Source of the DNA: Auanema rhodensis
Taxonomy: Eukaryota > Animalia > Nematoda
Reading direction: 5' to 3'
DNA: 64,000 nucleotides
Assembly (NCBI GenBank): GCA_964057225.1
Contig: OZ059897.1
Span: forward strand, 12,710,001 to 12,774,000
Shown here in pieces: positions 1-34,400 of the stretch (the first letter of the stretch is position 1; each line of letters starts with the position of its first letter). Below the pieces are notes generated by a model that saw only the letters and a list, made by a program, of their open reading frames with translations, had not been told where the DNA came from and ran no database searches. The position numbers were made by a program, and so were the translations under genes.

Positions 1-3000
1 CGATCCTCCAACTATCATTAAGAGTGTCACTCCTGAGTATATGGTGACAGATCTTGAAGTCGTCTGGAAAACTAGCCAATCTGTCAATTTGAGGTTGAAA
101 TGTCTCTTTGTTCGGAAAAGTATTCGTCGATCTTTTAGGTGGAAGTATAACGGCCCTCAACCCGTAGGATTCTATTTTCATCATACTGGTCAAAAAGAGT
201 ATTTTGATCAAACAATGACTCTTAAAAACATGACTACACCTGGATACAAGAGAGAACTTCCAGGAGATAGAACGGAATTCCTTCTTACATCTCTTCGGCC
301 TTATATGTCATATACCTTGCAAGTTGGAGTATATTCACAAGCAACACAGAGATACTATTGGCCCCAAGAGGTCTGTTATATCGATTCATAGTTAAAACAT
401 CGCGTTAATCAAATTTAGGTGGAAGTAATGACAGATCCTACTGCACCACCTTATGTGGCAGCTCCTATCTTGATGGCTGGGGATTACAAAAATGGATTAA
501 TTCCAGTGCATCTTCAACCATCAACTGAGGAGTATGGTCCTATTTCTCATTACTGGTTAATTGTACTTCCTGGCAACTTCACTCCGGTTTGTTATTTGCA
601 TATCAATTCGCTTTTATTGTTTTAATTTTAGGAGGACGTTATGAACCTGGAACCAATCACGTTACAACGCCTCACAGATGAAAAAAGAAAAGCTTTAGCA
701 AAACAGATAAGCGCTTCTCCAACAAAGAAGGTAGATAATCGATATATAACGTTTAAAATTCTTGTTTTACTTCAGTTCAAGAGGGAAATATCGACTGTTT
801 TGGATACTGAAGAAGATTTGGTTGACCGGAAACGAATGAGAAGAGATATTCCGAATACCGCATATGTCACAGCTCGTTTAAAGCCGGAAGATCTCCGTAC
901 CTATAAGCCATTTATGATTGGAGATGAAAAGGTACTATTTTGCATTCCTTCCCTTTTTCTATTGTTAAGTATTAGATTTATGATGGTTTCACCAACTTCC
1001 CATTGGAGCCAAACAATAAGTACAGACTTATGATGAGAGCATTTGCTAAAGAACACAAAGCTCATCAATTAAAACAACGCCCACCTATGTCGGAAAATCC
1101 AGCAAAAATGTATAGTGATTCTAACCTGAGCGACGTATTCTCAACACAGAGGGGTATGAGAGTTGGTGGAAAGGCTGGAGGAATGTGGCTTCTTGGTCCT
1201 ATGATAGCTCTACTTATTATTGGGCTACTTATAGGAATGCTTGTTTGCTGGTTAGTTAAAGTTTCTAATTTTAGATATAAAATATTTCTCTCAGGTGGCT
1301 TCGTTGCAATAAGAAATCGGCTGGCCGAGGGCATAGACACGGATCAATAACCAAGGTGGCTTTAGGCGGAAACATTATGAATGGCGGCCCAGGAGAAACG
1401 AGTAAACTCTTGTCTTCCGATTATGGAAGACCAATAATGAATCCATATGAACAGGTAAAGTTGCATGATGCACCACACGCATAAGGAAATATTTTTGAAG
1501 ATGAATTCAAGTGGGTGTATGGAGTCATCCTTAGATCTTTACCCTATGCCAACTAGTCACTCTCGAATGGCTAATTATGGTCCTATTCCGGTAGCAGTTC
1601 CTTGCTTACCAAATAATGGAGGAGTGATAGGTAATAAAAACGTGTAAAAACGCTTTGAACGTTTGTCTTCAGCAAATCATTCTGTTGCTCATCCAATTAT
1701 TCCAATCACCGAACTAGCTGCACATATTGAGCGATTACGTATGAATAACAACGCAGGGTTCCAAATGGAATTTGAATCAATTGAAAGTGGTCAAAATTTT
1801 ACTTGGGATCATAGTAATATGGATTACAACAAACATAAGAATCGTTACGCTAATGTTGTTGCTTATGATCATTCTCGGGTATCTTTAACCAATATTGATG
1901 AAGTTCCTGGTGGAGATTACATAAATGCAAATTACATCGATGGATATGATAAGGTATAAAATGATATTTTTCTTTTTCTCGTAAAATTGAAAGTTTCAGC
2001 CAAAAACCTATATTGCCACACAAGGACCTCTTCCTGAAACCTTTTCTGATTTCTGGAGAATGGTTTGGGAAGAAGGATCAGCAACAATAGTTATGCTAAC
2101 GAATTTGGAAGAACGTTCAAGAGTTAAGTGTGATCAGTATTGGCCAACCAGGGGAACATCCGTTTATGGAAATATTCATGTTACGTTATTGGAAACAATG
2201 GTTCTTGCTCATTATACTATGAGAACTTTGCGAATTCAATGCTCTGACGAGCCAGAAGTTCGTGAAATTCGTTTACTTCAATATACTGCCTGGCCTGATC
2301 ATGGAGTTCCTGATCACCCAACACCTTTCCTCATATTCCTGAAACGAGTTAAAACATTAAATCCACCCGACGCTGGTCCAATTATCTCTCACTGCAGGTA
2401 TGACATTTTTATCTCGTCAATCAGTTATATATCTCAATTTTAGTGCTGGTATTGGTAGAACTGGAGCTTTTATTGCTGTTGATATTATGCTCGAACGGCT
2501 CCGGTATGAGAGCACAGTGGATATTTTTGGATGTGTTACTGGATTGCGTGGCCAACGCTCATATATGGTTCAAGTAAGTTCTCTCTATTTTTAGAACTTT
2601 GCTTTATCATTTTTTTATAGACCGAGGATCAGTATGTATTCATTCATGACGCTGTATTAGATGCTGTAAATAGCGGCTCCACGGAAGTGCCGGCAGCTAA
2701 ACTACATCAGCACTTAATGCAAATTCGTTCCATGGATGGTCACGGCGTTTCCGGAATTGAAATGGAGTTCAGAGTACGTTGATCTCAGCTACTTTCGCGA
2801 ATAAAGTACATTTTTTAGCATCTTTCAACTCTTAAATGGTCAAATACTCGATGTGCGGTTGCTAATTTGCCTGTTAATCGCCATAAGAATAGACAAATCG
2901 CTGTCGTCCCATTTGATAGCAACAGAATTATACTTCGAGCTATTCCTGGAGTTGAAGGAAGTGACTATGTCAATGCTAGTTGGGTTGATGGCTATAGGTT

Positions 3001-3789
3001 TTTATAATCAAATTTACATAAAGAACATTAATGTTTTAAGAGAGCGTGGAGCTTATATTGCTACCCAAGCACCCATGGAACAAACAATCTTCGATTTCTG
3101 GAGAATGATATGGGAACACGAATGTGCGATAGTTGTCATGCTAGCTGGCAATATAGAACTTAACAGAGTCTGTTGTTCTTCATAATTTTTTAACTATTTC
3201 TTGGTTTTTTAGGGTGATTGCATTGAGTACTGGCCTTTGGAAAATGGAACGCAAGTAGGAAATTTGGTTGTGGAACCATTAGCAGAGTACAACATGCCTC
3301 AATATGTGATGAGGGAGTTCCGTCTGAGTGATATACAGACTGGATTATCCAGAACTGTACGACATTTCCAATTCACTGATTGGCCTGAACAGGGACCTCC
3401 AAAGGTTGCCGAAATGTTTATTGACTTCATCCAACAAGTAAAAATCACATCTCATTGAAATATTTATTTTAAATTGTTAGGTTCATCGAACTAAGGCTCA
3501 ATTTGGAGCAGATGGCCCAATTGCTGTGCATTGCATAAGTGGTGCCGGAAGAACAGGAGTTTTTATAGCTCTTTCTATATTATTAGATAGGATGCGGTTA
3601 GAGCATGTGATTGATGTCTTCACAACTGTAAGTATTCTTATATTTTTTCTCGTAATTTTTTTTCTATTTCAGGTAAAACTTTTAAGAACCGAAAGGCAAA
3701 GTATGGTTCGAGATAAAGAGCAATACGAGTTCTTATATCAGGCGTCATTAGAATTTCTCTCATCTTATGATCAATATGCTCCTTCATAA
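1..3789 (+). CDS. ptp-3: LAR-family (type IIa) receptor protein tyrosine phosphatase, 3' part; 5' end lies outside the window; many exons
   Basis: Spliced translation gives an FN3-like segment ([15 protein letters not shown]), a basic cleavage-type site RKRMRR and a TM helix ([24 protein letters not shown]). PTP D1 has KNRYANV, YIATQGP, WPDHGVP and [10 protein letters not shown] (split by intron 2398-2443). D2 has WPEQGPP and [10 protein letters not shown]. Stop TAA at 3787-3789; AATAAA at 4263-4268. Confidence 0.95.
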
Positions 3790-4333
3790 CGAAACCATTA
3801 GTATATATTTATTTTGAATAAGTCTGTAATCTGTTCAACGGGTTTGAAATATCACATATTTTATATTTTAACCGCTCTTCAATGCTTCTTTCCTTTCAAT
3901 ACGCGGGTATTTTTCTATCATATTCCACTTATTAAAGTGTACACATTGATAACTTTAAAAGTCTCGTATTCTATCTAAGCTTTCTCAGGATTACTTAAAA
4001 TACAATATAAAAATTATTATCGATAGCTTCACCTTTTGGGTTCTAGTTTATAAATTGTTTTCCGGTGATGCTTCGTTCTTTGTGTAATAGTTTTGTATTT
4101 CTTCTTTCGCATTCTTCGTTTAATTAGTGTGTATTTTCATATTAATATCCTAAAAAAGCAATAGATCGTTTTAAAATGCGTAATCTAGAAATGCTGTTCA
4201 TTCTTCAATTCAATCACTCAGAGTTTTCATTTTGTGATGTTATGCAAGTGCTGCATGCATAAAATAAATTATTTGATTTAAATATTGTTTATTGTAATAT
4301 TCTATAATATAATTTCATTCTCAAAAGACACTT

Positions 4334-4973
4334 TTAAATTGATATTAAAAATAAAACTGGTAGAATGATAATATTCTGGAAATTAATTGAACCATGCTTT
4401 GCAGCTTCAAGTAGACCTCTTGATCCATACACCTCGTGAACCTCTTCCATTGTAGGTTTATTGCAATTATGTTCTTGGCAACAGCAAAACGAAAACTGAA
4501 TGAAAAGTTTTTAGCTATACTTGCAACATTAAACAAGATGTAACAGTTGTTTTACTATAAAACTAACATTGCCTTTCATTCCATCATAATATGTTCGAGG
4601 TGTGCATCCTTTTGCTTTGACACATGTTTCTCTATCTCCTCCCGTATAAGCGCAACGTGATGATACTCCTTGATGCAACACTCCATCTAAAATTAAATAT
4701 AATTATATAAAAATGCAAATTAAGTTTTTTTCCTAACCGTCATCAGTTGCTTCGAATATGTTGACTCGAATGCAAAACGCCGCTTGGCATGATCTAGTTT
4801 CATTTACACGAAAAAAACTGTTATCAATACTAGCCTAAATAAAAAGAAAATACATGTAAATGAAATGTAAATAAGCATTGTGGTCAACTAACCTGTATAC
4901 GTCCTACAAACCCATGAGCACAATCATATAAAGCTGACACAGTTGGCAACAATATAAACAAAGGGTAACGCAT
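4334..4973 (-). CDS. Small Ly6/uPAR (three-finger)-like cell-surface protein, about 153 aa, 4 exons, probable GPI anchor
   Basis: Manual GT-AG splicing gives MRYPLFILLPTVSALYDCAHGFVGRIQ|ASIDNSFFRVNETRSCQAAFCIRVNIFEATDD|DGVLHQGVSSRCAYTGGDRETCVKAKGCTPRTYYDGMKGN|FSFCCCQEHNCNKPTMEEVHEVYGSRGLLEAAKHGSINFQNIIILPVLFLISI*. It has a signal peptide, 10 Cys ending in CCCxxxxCN, and a hydrophobic C-tail. The ORF track shows the wrong frame here. Confidence 0.8.
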
Positions 4974-5087
4974 ATTCTCGAAGTTCTACAAAATTTTGAA
5001 AATAAAAATTATTTAAAATGAAAATATACAAAAATACGATTTCAAACATGTAAAGAACAAGAGGTTTTTAAAAGGAGATTATATTAG

Positions 5088-5925
5088 GCGATAAGTGGCA
5101 TGATGAACTCAATGTGGATGAAGAAAACCAAATCCGAGAATATGCTCAAGATGAAAAGAGGAGCTATACATATATGCAAACTCGTCGATTCCTCGAAGCA
5201 GATGTTCAATGAAAGAAATTCATTTCTTTCGTTATTTAATCAATCTACCCGAAGAAATGATTTATGCCAAATCTTATGAGGAATTTGAGGAGTTTCATTG
5301 AAGTTTCAAGTATGGCTAAATACTAAAAATGAAAAATTAAAGAGAAGATGATGAAAGTTTATCGAGTATTTTGAGATATAGGATTAAGATAATATATTGT
5401 TCGGTGAAATATATTCATTTGAGAATTGAAAAGAATGCGGCCGTTCTATTTTAATAGATTAAATGCTGACAGGGATGAGTATTGCAATGCCTTCAGGGAG
5501 TTTATATAAATTTTAGTACTTAAGAACAACACGCTCTTCGTCATGGATTTTTTTTTGTTTATAATAATGCTCTTCTTTAACATATAAGTAAAAATGACAT
5601 TCAATAAATGAAAATAGTTTGAAAGTGCTCGCTGATTTTCTGACTACTATGAAATACTTCAATAAACAAGAAAAATCAACAAGTCAAAATCCAAATGCTC
5701 TTTATAATAAGATTTTCACGGCAATTCTGTGTATGAACTCCGAAAATATGTGCTCTCAAGTTGCCTTTAATATTCCGATTAAATGCTGGCTTGTAACTTT
5801 CGCACTTATGTAGAATATCAAAGGTCAGCGACATGCCGGAAATACAGCTGCTCTGTTCATGTGTGCAGGGCAGATCTACCACGACTCAATGAAGGCAATT
5901 GTATTAATTAAGCAGAAAATATAAA
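5088..5925 (+). pseudogene. Possible decayed coding remnant of unknown identity
   Basis: Exon-sized blocks of higher GC translate to protein-like text (DKWHDELNVDEENQIREYAQDEKRSYTYMQTRRFLEADVQ; KEIHFFRYLINLPEEMIYAKSYEEF; ELKRMRPFYFNRLNADRDEYCNAFREF; LKVLADFL...TFALM*NIKGQRHAGNTAALF) but are broken by stops and frameshifts. No homology recognised. Confidence 0.25.
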
Positions 5926-6210
5926 CATTCAAAATCATAAAAGCAAAACTTACCAATAGTCAAAACGAAGCATGGAGAACCCAAAAAATGAAGATTCAAT
6001 AGAAAGAAAACTAGTATATATCTTTAAGAAGGCTATCCAAAAAAGTATCAGATTGCAATGAATGTAAATGTATGCTCACAATATTTGCTATTTTAATTGA
6101 TTTTCAATACCCAACCTAACTTCTCAAAAAAATAAATTGTAAGTTCGTATTAAATTCAAAAGACACATTTTTCAAATTTTATAAAAATTTCAAAAATTAT
6201 TTTCTATTTG

Positions 6211-9200
6211 CTATGGCGTGTGGCTGCAACTTCTCTTTTTGTACATTATCTTCCACTAAATAAAACATTGTAATAAACTGGAATTTAAAAAAAATCACCA
6301 TTTTGCTTTTCAGATTGGTGTTTGTCTTTAATATCAAAAAGATTTTTGCCATCAATGACCAGCTTCAATGGTTGAATTTGGATTTTATCTGCAGCACTCT
6401 GAAAAAAAATTAAAATTTTCAAACAACAAGGTAAGTAACTAACCAGGAATATGTAATTGGAAACCAGCATATATGGCTTATTGTTAATAAGAGCATCAAG
6501 AATAAGAGTCTTTTTGTGCTGTTTGAGGGTTCCAGGCGATCCATTATAAGAATCATCAACGACTTGCTTAATCAATTCTTCCATAAGAACTTTTGGTTCA
6601 TTGAATGTTTTCGATTTTGATTCAGACTTAGGAGTCAAATGAGACACTGGGAAGGTTGTCGACAATTTTCCCTTTGCGCTACAGCTAATAAACATAACAT
6701 TAAAAAAAAGAAGAATAAAGCAACTACAGTACCTAATATCCAAAAGTTTTTTAGCAACCATTTCACGTTTGGCAGAGTTGTCAAAGGAATTAGTTTTGGA
6801 GAAAGCTTTTTCTGCCGATGAGAATGATGTATCTACAACTATTTTCATATAATAAAAAATAGTTAAATGATTAAAGTACCGCTAGTAGCACATTGCTCTT
6901 GTTTTTCTATTAAAGGAGTACTGACTTCTACAGGAAAAGTAACTGAATAAAGTATAAGTATATAGATTATTTTTAAAATTATCTAATTACTGTCAGCTGC
7001 TTCCATTTTAATTCCTGGAAAACTTGGAGATTCATGGACAGTTCGCGATCTATCGAGATCAGCTTGAATTATCTTAGAAAGATCCTGTCTGTGCTTCTGA
7101 GATTTGGACAATATTTCAAAATATGTGTATTCCCAGATACTTGGTTCCTATAAATAAAATAGTTAATAACTTATTAAATATAACTGAATACTCACATTTG
7201 TAAAAACTTCAGCTATGTATGCTAACGAGCCATTGTTTTCCTTGATTATATAACTATACTCACGTCGTTCTTCTTTGCGAGTCATAATGGTAGCATTCCA
7301 AACATGTCCTGCATCTGTTGGTCTAGTATCGATAAGAACTTCTCGATCAATGAAAATTCTAAATAAAAAATAAATAATAATATGAATACTTAATTTTAAT
7401 GTTACTTGTTGTCCTCAACAAATATATTTTCATGAAATTGCGACATAGATTGAGTGGTATCTGGCTTCAATACTATTGGAATCGACCTGATATATGATTT
7501 ACTAATTAAATTAATTTTGACTTTGCCTACTTATTTCGCTGTTCACAAATACTTTCGGGAATATCTTTAGAAAAATCAAGAGTGATGAATTCTCTTTTTC
7601 TGAAAAGATCTTTTTCCATTGAAGCTTCATCGGTGGACTGCATTGACAAATATTGATTACTGAAAATTAGCATAAATATAAGAAATGAATAATACTAGAG
7701 TACTTTGGTCGATCGCATCGTTTATCGGTAAGCATTCCTTTCGTTATTTTACTATACAAACGAGATTGATTGAAAGTAACAGGGTCACTTATATTCTTTT
7801 CCTAAATTAATTAAATTTATTGAATATAATTTTTGTTAAACTCACTGAAAACATTGTGTTCTTTTCAATCACAATAACACGACGTCCAACAAATACATGT
7901 TGAATGGTGTTTGAAGATGGTTTTCCATTTTCTGTGCACGTATTGCCAACAGTCATTTGTGGGCGAACCTTTCTAGCAAAAGCTATCTCACATTCAATAT
8001 CTTCAGGTTTCAATCCAGCTGATACAATCGTTATGATAGTTTGAAGGAAAATTCTTCCACCAATGGGATCTATACATACAACTTGTCCAGTACGTACCTA
8101 TAAAATGATTTTAATATGTTATTAACCAACATATTCATTTACCTCTAAAGGTGTTGTAAGAACACATGGTATCTCAATAGAATCTGCAGCATTCGAGTGA
8201 TTAAAAAGTTGACGAGCAACAGGTTTTTTAGCCGAAGTTTTACCAGAACTTCTCTTGTCAATTTCAACATCAGTTTCAGTATCCTAAATCATAATTATAT
8301 TTACTTTTATAATGGAAATATGCGTATATACCGTTTCACTGTCGATTCCGTACACAGCAGCATCATATTCATTTCTGCTTTTGTTTATCTTTTTCATAAG
8401 AACTTCTCGTAACAGAGTAGCAGGTCGATTCATATGCTCCGATAAACTGAATAAGGGGCATTAAAACTATATTTAAACTATTTAAAACTTCTTGGGTGTT
8501 GAAGTAGCCCTTTTCATACGTTGAGCCTTGTTTGGAGTGTCTGTTGAGTTATGTAGCTAAAAATTAACATATATATTTCTCCGTAAATATGATTAAAGTT
8601 TTACCACGAAAGTTGAATCATCTAATCCTTCAGTTGAAGAAGAATAATTTGAACGAGCATGTTCAATTGGACTAAACATAAATTATTATATATATATAAG
8701 AATTTATAATATTACCTGAATGGAAGATCTTGCAACAAATGATGATCGAAGGATTTATCAGATTCTCGATCGCTCATATAATCAACGCTTCTGCTTCGCT
8801 GTTTGTCATTTTTCTTTGAGCTAAATGAAGAAAGCTTATACAATGCCTTAATATAAACTTTACCTTCTTTTCTGAACCGACTTAGAACGTGGATTAGATT
8901 TTTTTTTCTGTAAAGCTCTGGTGCGACTACGTGAAGAAGCAGTAGCTTTTTCATAATTCTTAATAATATTAGTTAAATGAAAGTTAGTATGATAAATTTA
9001 TTTTTACCTTAGATCTAGAAACACGTCCATGAATCACCTTTTTTGTTGGCTTTCTACCACGTCTTGAAGATATTGAGCTAGCTCTACTGTTGCTTCTTGA
9101 ACTGGTTGACGATCTTTCCGAGCTTGAACTACTTATGCTTCTTGAGGCAGATCTTGATTTTCTTCTTGATCCAGCTTGACTTTGACTACGCTTCTTGGAT

Positions 9201-9232
9201 TGAGCACGTGTTTGAGAACGTGTACGAGCCAT
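6211..9232 (-). CDS. Uncharacterised protein, about 740 aa, 18 exons, with a highly basic Arg/Ser/Lys-rich N-terminus
   Basis: All 18 exons join in frame through GT-AG introns of about 40-55 nt, from MARTRSQTRAQSKKRSQSQAGSRRKSRS... to ...VEDNVQKRSCSHTP* (TAG 6211-6213). No family recognised. Confidence 0.8.
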
Positions 9233-10369
9233 TCTATTCAGTTAGTAAGGGTAAGTTAGTAAATTTATAAGCAGCCGCTTCTTAGAACGACTGATTAATG
9301 AATGAATGTCACTGTTTATTGTCTCCATGACGTAAAAATTACGTGAACGCTTATTGGCTGTTTTATCAATTTCATTTCCGAATTATCATATATAGTTGAA
9401 CGGTGAATTTGAAAGAACATTTTATTCATTTTAATAATTAGTGTTTCATTTTCAATTTGTATGAACTCATTCAAGTTAAATAAAGTCTAATACATTTAGT
9501 TGTCTACAACACTTAACAAAAATGCTTTTTTTCTTTTGTTCTTAGAGAAGAGTTAGTACAATATAAAACTATCACAATATACATAACAATATTTGTAAGC
9601 GATGAATATTCAATATAAAACAGATTTTTGGTTTTCATTTGAAAATAATTGATTTTCGATATTCTGTTAAATATTGTAGATAAAGTATTCCTGTAAAACG
9701 GACCATCTTCAATATGAAGATTGTTTGCTAAACAGGAATAACCAGTCATTTGAAAAGAAAAAAAGAAATCGAAGACAACAAAATAAAGAAAAATAGATAA
9801 AGCAATATATAGACAGTTAATTTCTGCTGATATAGTAAGTTCAATCATTGCTATTTAACCAATATTGGAATTTTCTAATGAATATCAAAAAAGAAACAAT
9901 ACTTTGGAATTTAGCAGATTGAACAAGCATATGTCACGAAAATAACTGAATATCATACACCGCGAACAAGCCTGGATATAATAAAGTGAAAGTAGAATGA
10001 AGAAAAGCTTGAGCTCGTCACAGGCACGATATTTAAAAATGCTTAGAATCCGTCTTTATCAATACTATAATCTATATTTAGTATTAAAAAAAAAAGAAAA
10101 CAAAAAATAAATATAAACACTAAGCTAAGATTTCTAGCTGAAAAGACGGTTTCCAAAAAAATCAGGGAAGTTCGATACATAGATAGACTCATAGGTTTGA
10201 AAAGGGGTAGAGTCTTCCAGCATGAAAGCGATCGTTTGATTTCGTTTGTTAAGAAGAAAAAAGAGGAAAAGAAAGAACAGGTTATCCTTGAACAGTTTGC
10301 TCTTGTTCGGAAGTGATGGATATGGCGGTATATGAACACGTGAAATTTTTGTCAGAAAGGCTGGTAAAT

Positions 10370-31499
<21,130 letters not shown>

Positions 31500-34400
31500 G
31501 TCGAAATGATTGTGTCGATTTGATGATAAAGTAGAAAAATAAGAAGAAAATTGATGATTTGAGAAAAAAAGGTTGGAAAAAGTCTCGGCTTATCAACTAA
31601 CAGAACTTGAGGAGAGACGTCACATAAATATTGGATACAAAAGATTGTTCGAAGATGAGATGCCGACGAGGAACGGAAGTGATGATGCGATTGAGAACGA
31701 AAGAAGAATTTCACGAAGAAACTATCTATCAGACATTTATCTGTATGCCGATCAGCTTCATCACCTCTACAGACGACATGTACATTGAAATACAGTTGAC
31801 GACGCTGAAGACAAACAAAGTCGTCTCTCTCGTCCCTCTCCCGCCATCTCCGACGTGATCCTTCTGTTTCATTACTTCTTTCCAGATAATCAGGTGGATA
31901 ATAACTATTTCACTGTTATACACTAAGCAAAATGATAAGAAGAAAAGAGGGAGAGGAGAAAAGAGTAAGTAGTTATAAGATAAAAGACTAGAGAATATTA
32001 GAGTATCGCAGTAACATCATGTACATTTTCTAGTGTAAAAGCATAACTACTACTCATGAAATAGAAAGAAAAAGATTATCCAAATAGTCAGAACTAAAAT
32101 ACTAAACTATTCAAATCAATTAACATTAATTATATTATATAATTAATAAGAAAATATATATTTTAATATAAAAGATTATTTATTATTTTTTGAAAAAGTT
32201 ATAAAACATGATCGAAAATTGTATTTTGAATCTCAACTACATGAATAAAGAGAGTGAGTTTGATGTAGATGTGATGAAGAGCTTCACAAGAAGCAAACAA
32301 GAGAAGAAGATCCATCGTCAAGACCTCATTCAGAGATAATCTCGCTGTCTGTTTCTCTCATCTCTTCTGATCTACTATGTCTTCAGACATGCACATTTGA
32401 TTATCACCTTAACTATATTCATAATTTACTTAATTTTTAGTTAAAATAATGGGGAAAAAAGCTTATTACTTTCTGAATGATCACTTCAAATAGCATAATT
32501 AATTAAAATTTTTATAAATGAATGTGGGTGTAAGTATAAGATAGCCCAAGTGAAATTTTATCTATTCCTTAGCTTTACACAGACAAAATACGCCCCCCCC
32601 CCCCTCACAAGCATTTCAAAGCTGATGATGATAAAACTTAAATATAATTTTAAAACATCAAAAAATATTAATAACTATGGATAGTATTACAAACAAATTT
32701 TTTAACAAAACAAAAAAACAATATGTAATAATCGATTTGTTTAAAAATTTGTTTTATATTAATATTAAGATAAACATTAATTTTTATAAAACATATTTGA
32801 AATAAAGTTTTAGCTTTCATATAAAATTAACAAATATATTATTAAAATATATAATATTTCTATCAATATTAATATTTTCAATTGTTCTAATTTGATCAAA
32901 TGAATGGTCAATAGATTGAACGACTGCTACTCTTTTTTATATTTTTCTTCTTCTTCTTCTTCTATATCATCTGATACTTGGAAGTTATTAGTCTTAAAGC
33001 ATTTTCTATCAGTTTTCATCCTTACACCTCATTCATGTGAAAAAAACACAGATTTTTCACTTTCTCTCTATCAAAATTGCCAGTTAGTTCTATGCTATAT
33101 CTACTTTTACTTTGGCTCATCATCATTCTCTTAGTAAAAATATTGTTTTCTCTGAATTCTCTCATTTATATTTATCTCTAAATCAGTATACATATCTTAT
33201 TGTCTCGACCTTTTACACACTATTTTCTTATATTTTAAAACATTGTAACACAACTAAACAGGCATTTTTGCTGCTTTTTTTTCTCACAGATACCACTGGC
33301 ATACTGAAAAGATGTGATACGAAGTAAAAAAATCTCATACGAACAATTGATTTTAAGTATTAGTTAATGAAAATAATATATAATTTTAAAGGAAAATAAT
33401 ATAACAAATATATTTATATATTAGATAAATATACGGTATACTTTATACAGTATAGTTAAATACATTTTATATACGATAATAATTAATATATATATATATA
33501 ATATAATAAATTAACTAATATAAGATAATCTATATGAAAGAATGGTTAAAATTATTAGTTAAATACATTTTGTTAAGTCTTGTCAATATTGTATCGATGA
33601 AAAAACATGGCTACTTAAACTTTTAGTTTATTTAGCTCATCTGCGAAAAAGACTTCAATATACATATAGTAAAAAATGAACATATTAGAATAAATATAGT
33701 TATAAACAGTTGAAAAGACAAAAATGAAATGGAATAGTAGCCAGTGAATGTGATAATCAGAAGTTATTGGCGATTTTGTTGAGCAGCATAGAGAAGAAGA
33801 GAGTAAAGTTGAAATATAGAGAGAAAACAGTGACAGATATCGGTGAGGTAGATGTTAAGAAAAAGAACGACGAGATAGAGAAACGAGGAGAGAAGAAGAT
33901 GAAGATGGAGCATACGATGAAGAAGAAAGAAAGAAACTTGAAGACTAAAGATATGGGATAAGACGGCTGTTATCCGTCAGTTTAAGCTACCAATTCACCA
34001 ACTAGCCATCAGCCCTGGCTAACTCTTACCTCAAGGCCTTTGATTCTGGATGAATAACATCTTCCCTCCTCTCTCTGTCTCAATTTCTGCTTACTCTCTC
34101 ATTCTTTCTGCCTATCTTCTAATATCTTTAAAATTATCTTTTCTCTCTCTTGCTTATATTTTTCTTTCTCATTCTCACTGTTTTGCTTTATTTATCATTT
34201 AACTATCTTTCTCTAAAAGCTCCAATTCCTCTGGTAATCGTTTTTCGTCTTCCCAACATTTCCTTCATTCTTCATCATTTGGGAAAAAAGTAAAGAAAGA
34301 TATCTCGCACTCCGCAACACATATCAAACAGCTGGAAAAGAAGTTATCTGAACGGGAACAGTGGTTAAGAGAAAAGCACAATTTCATTAGTAGTCTCTCT

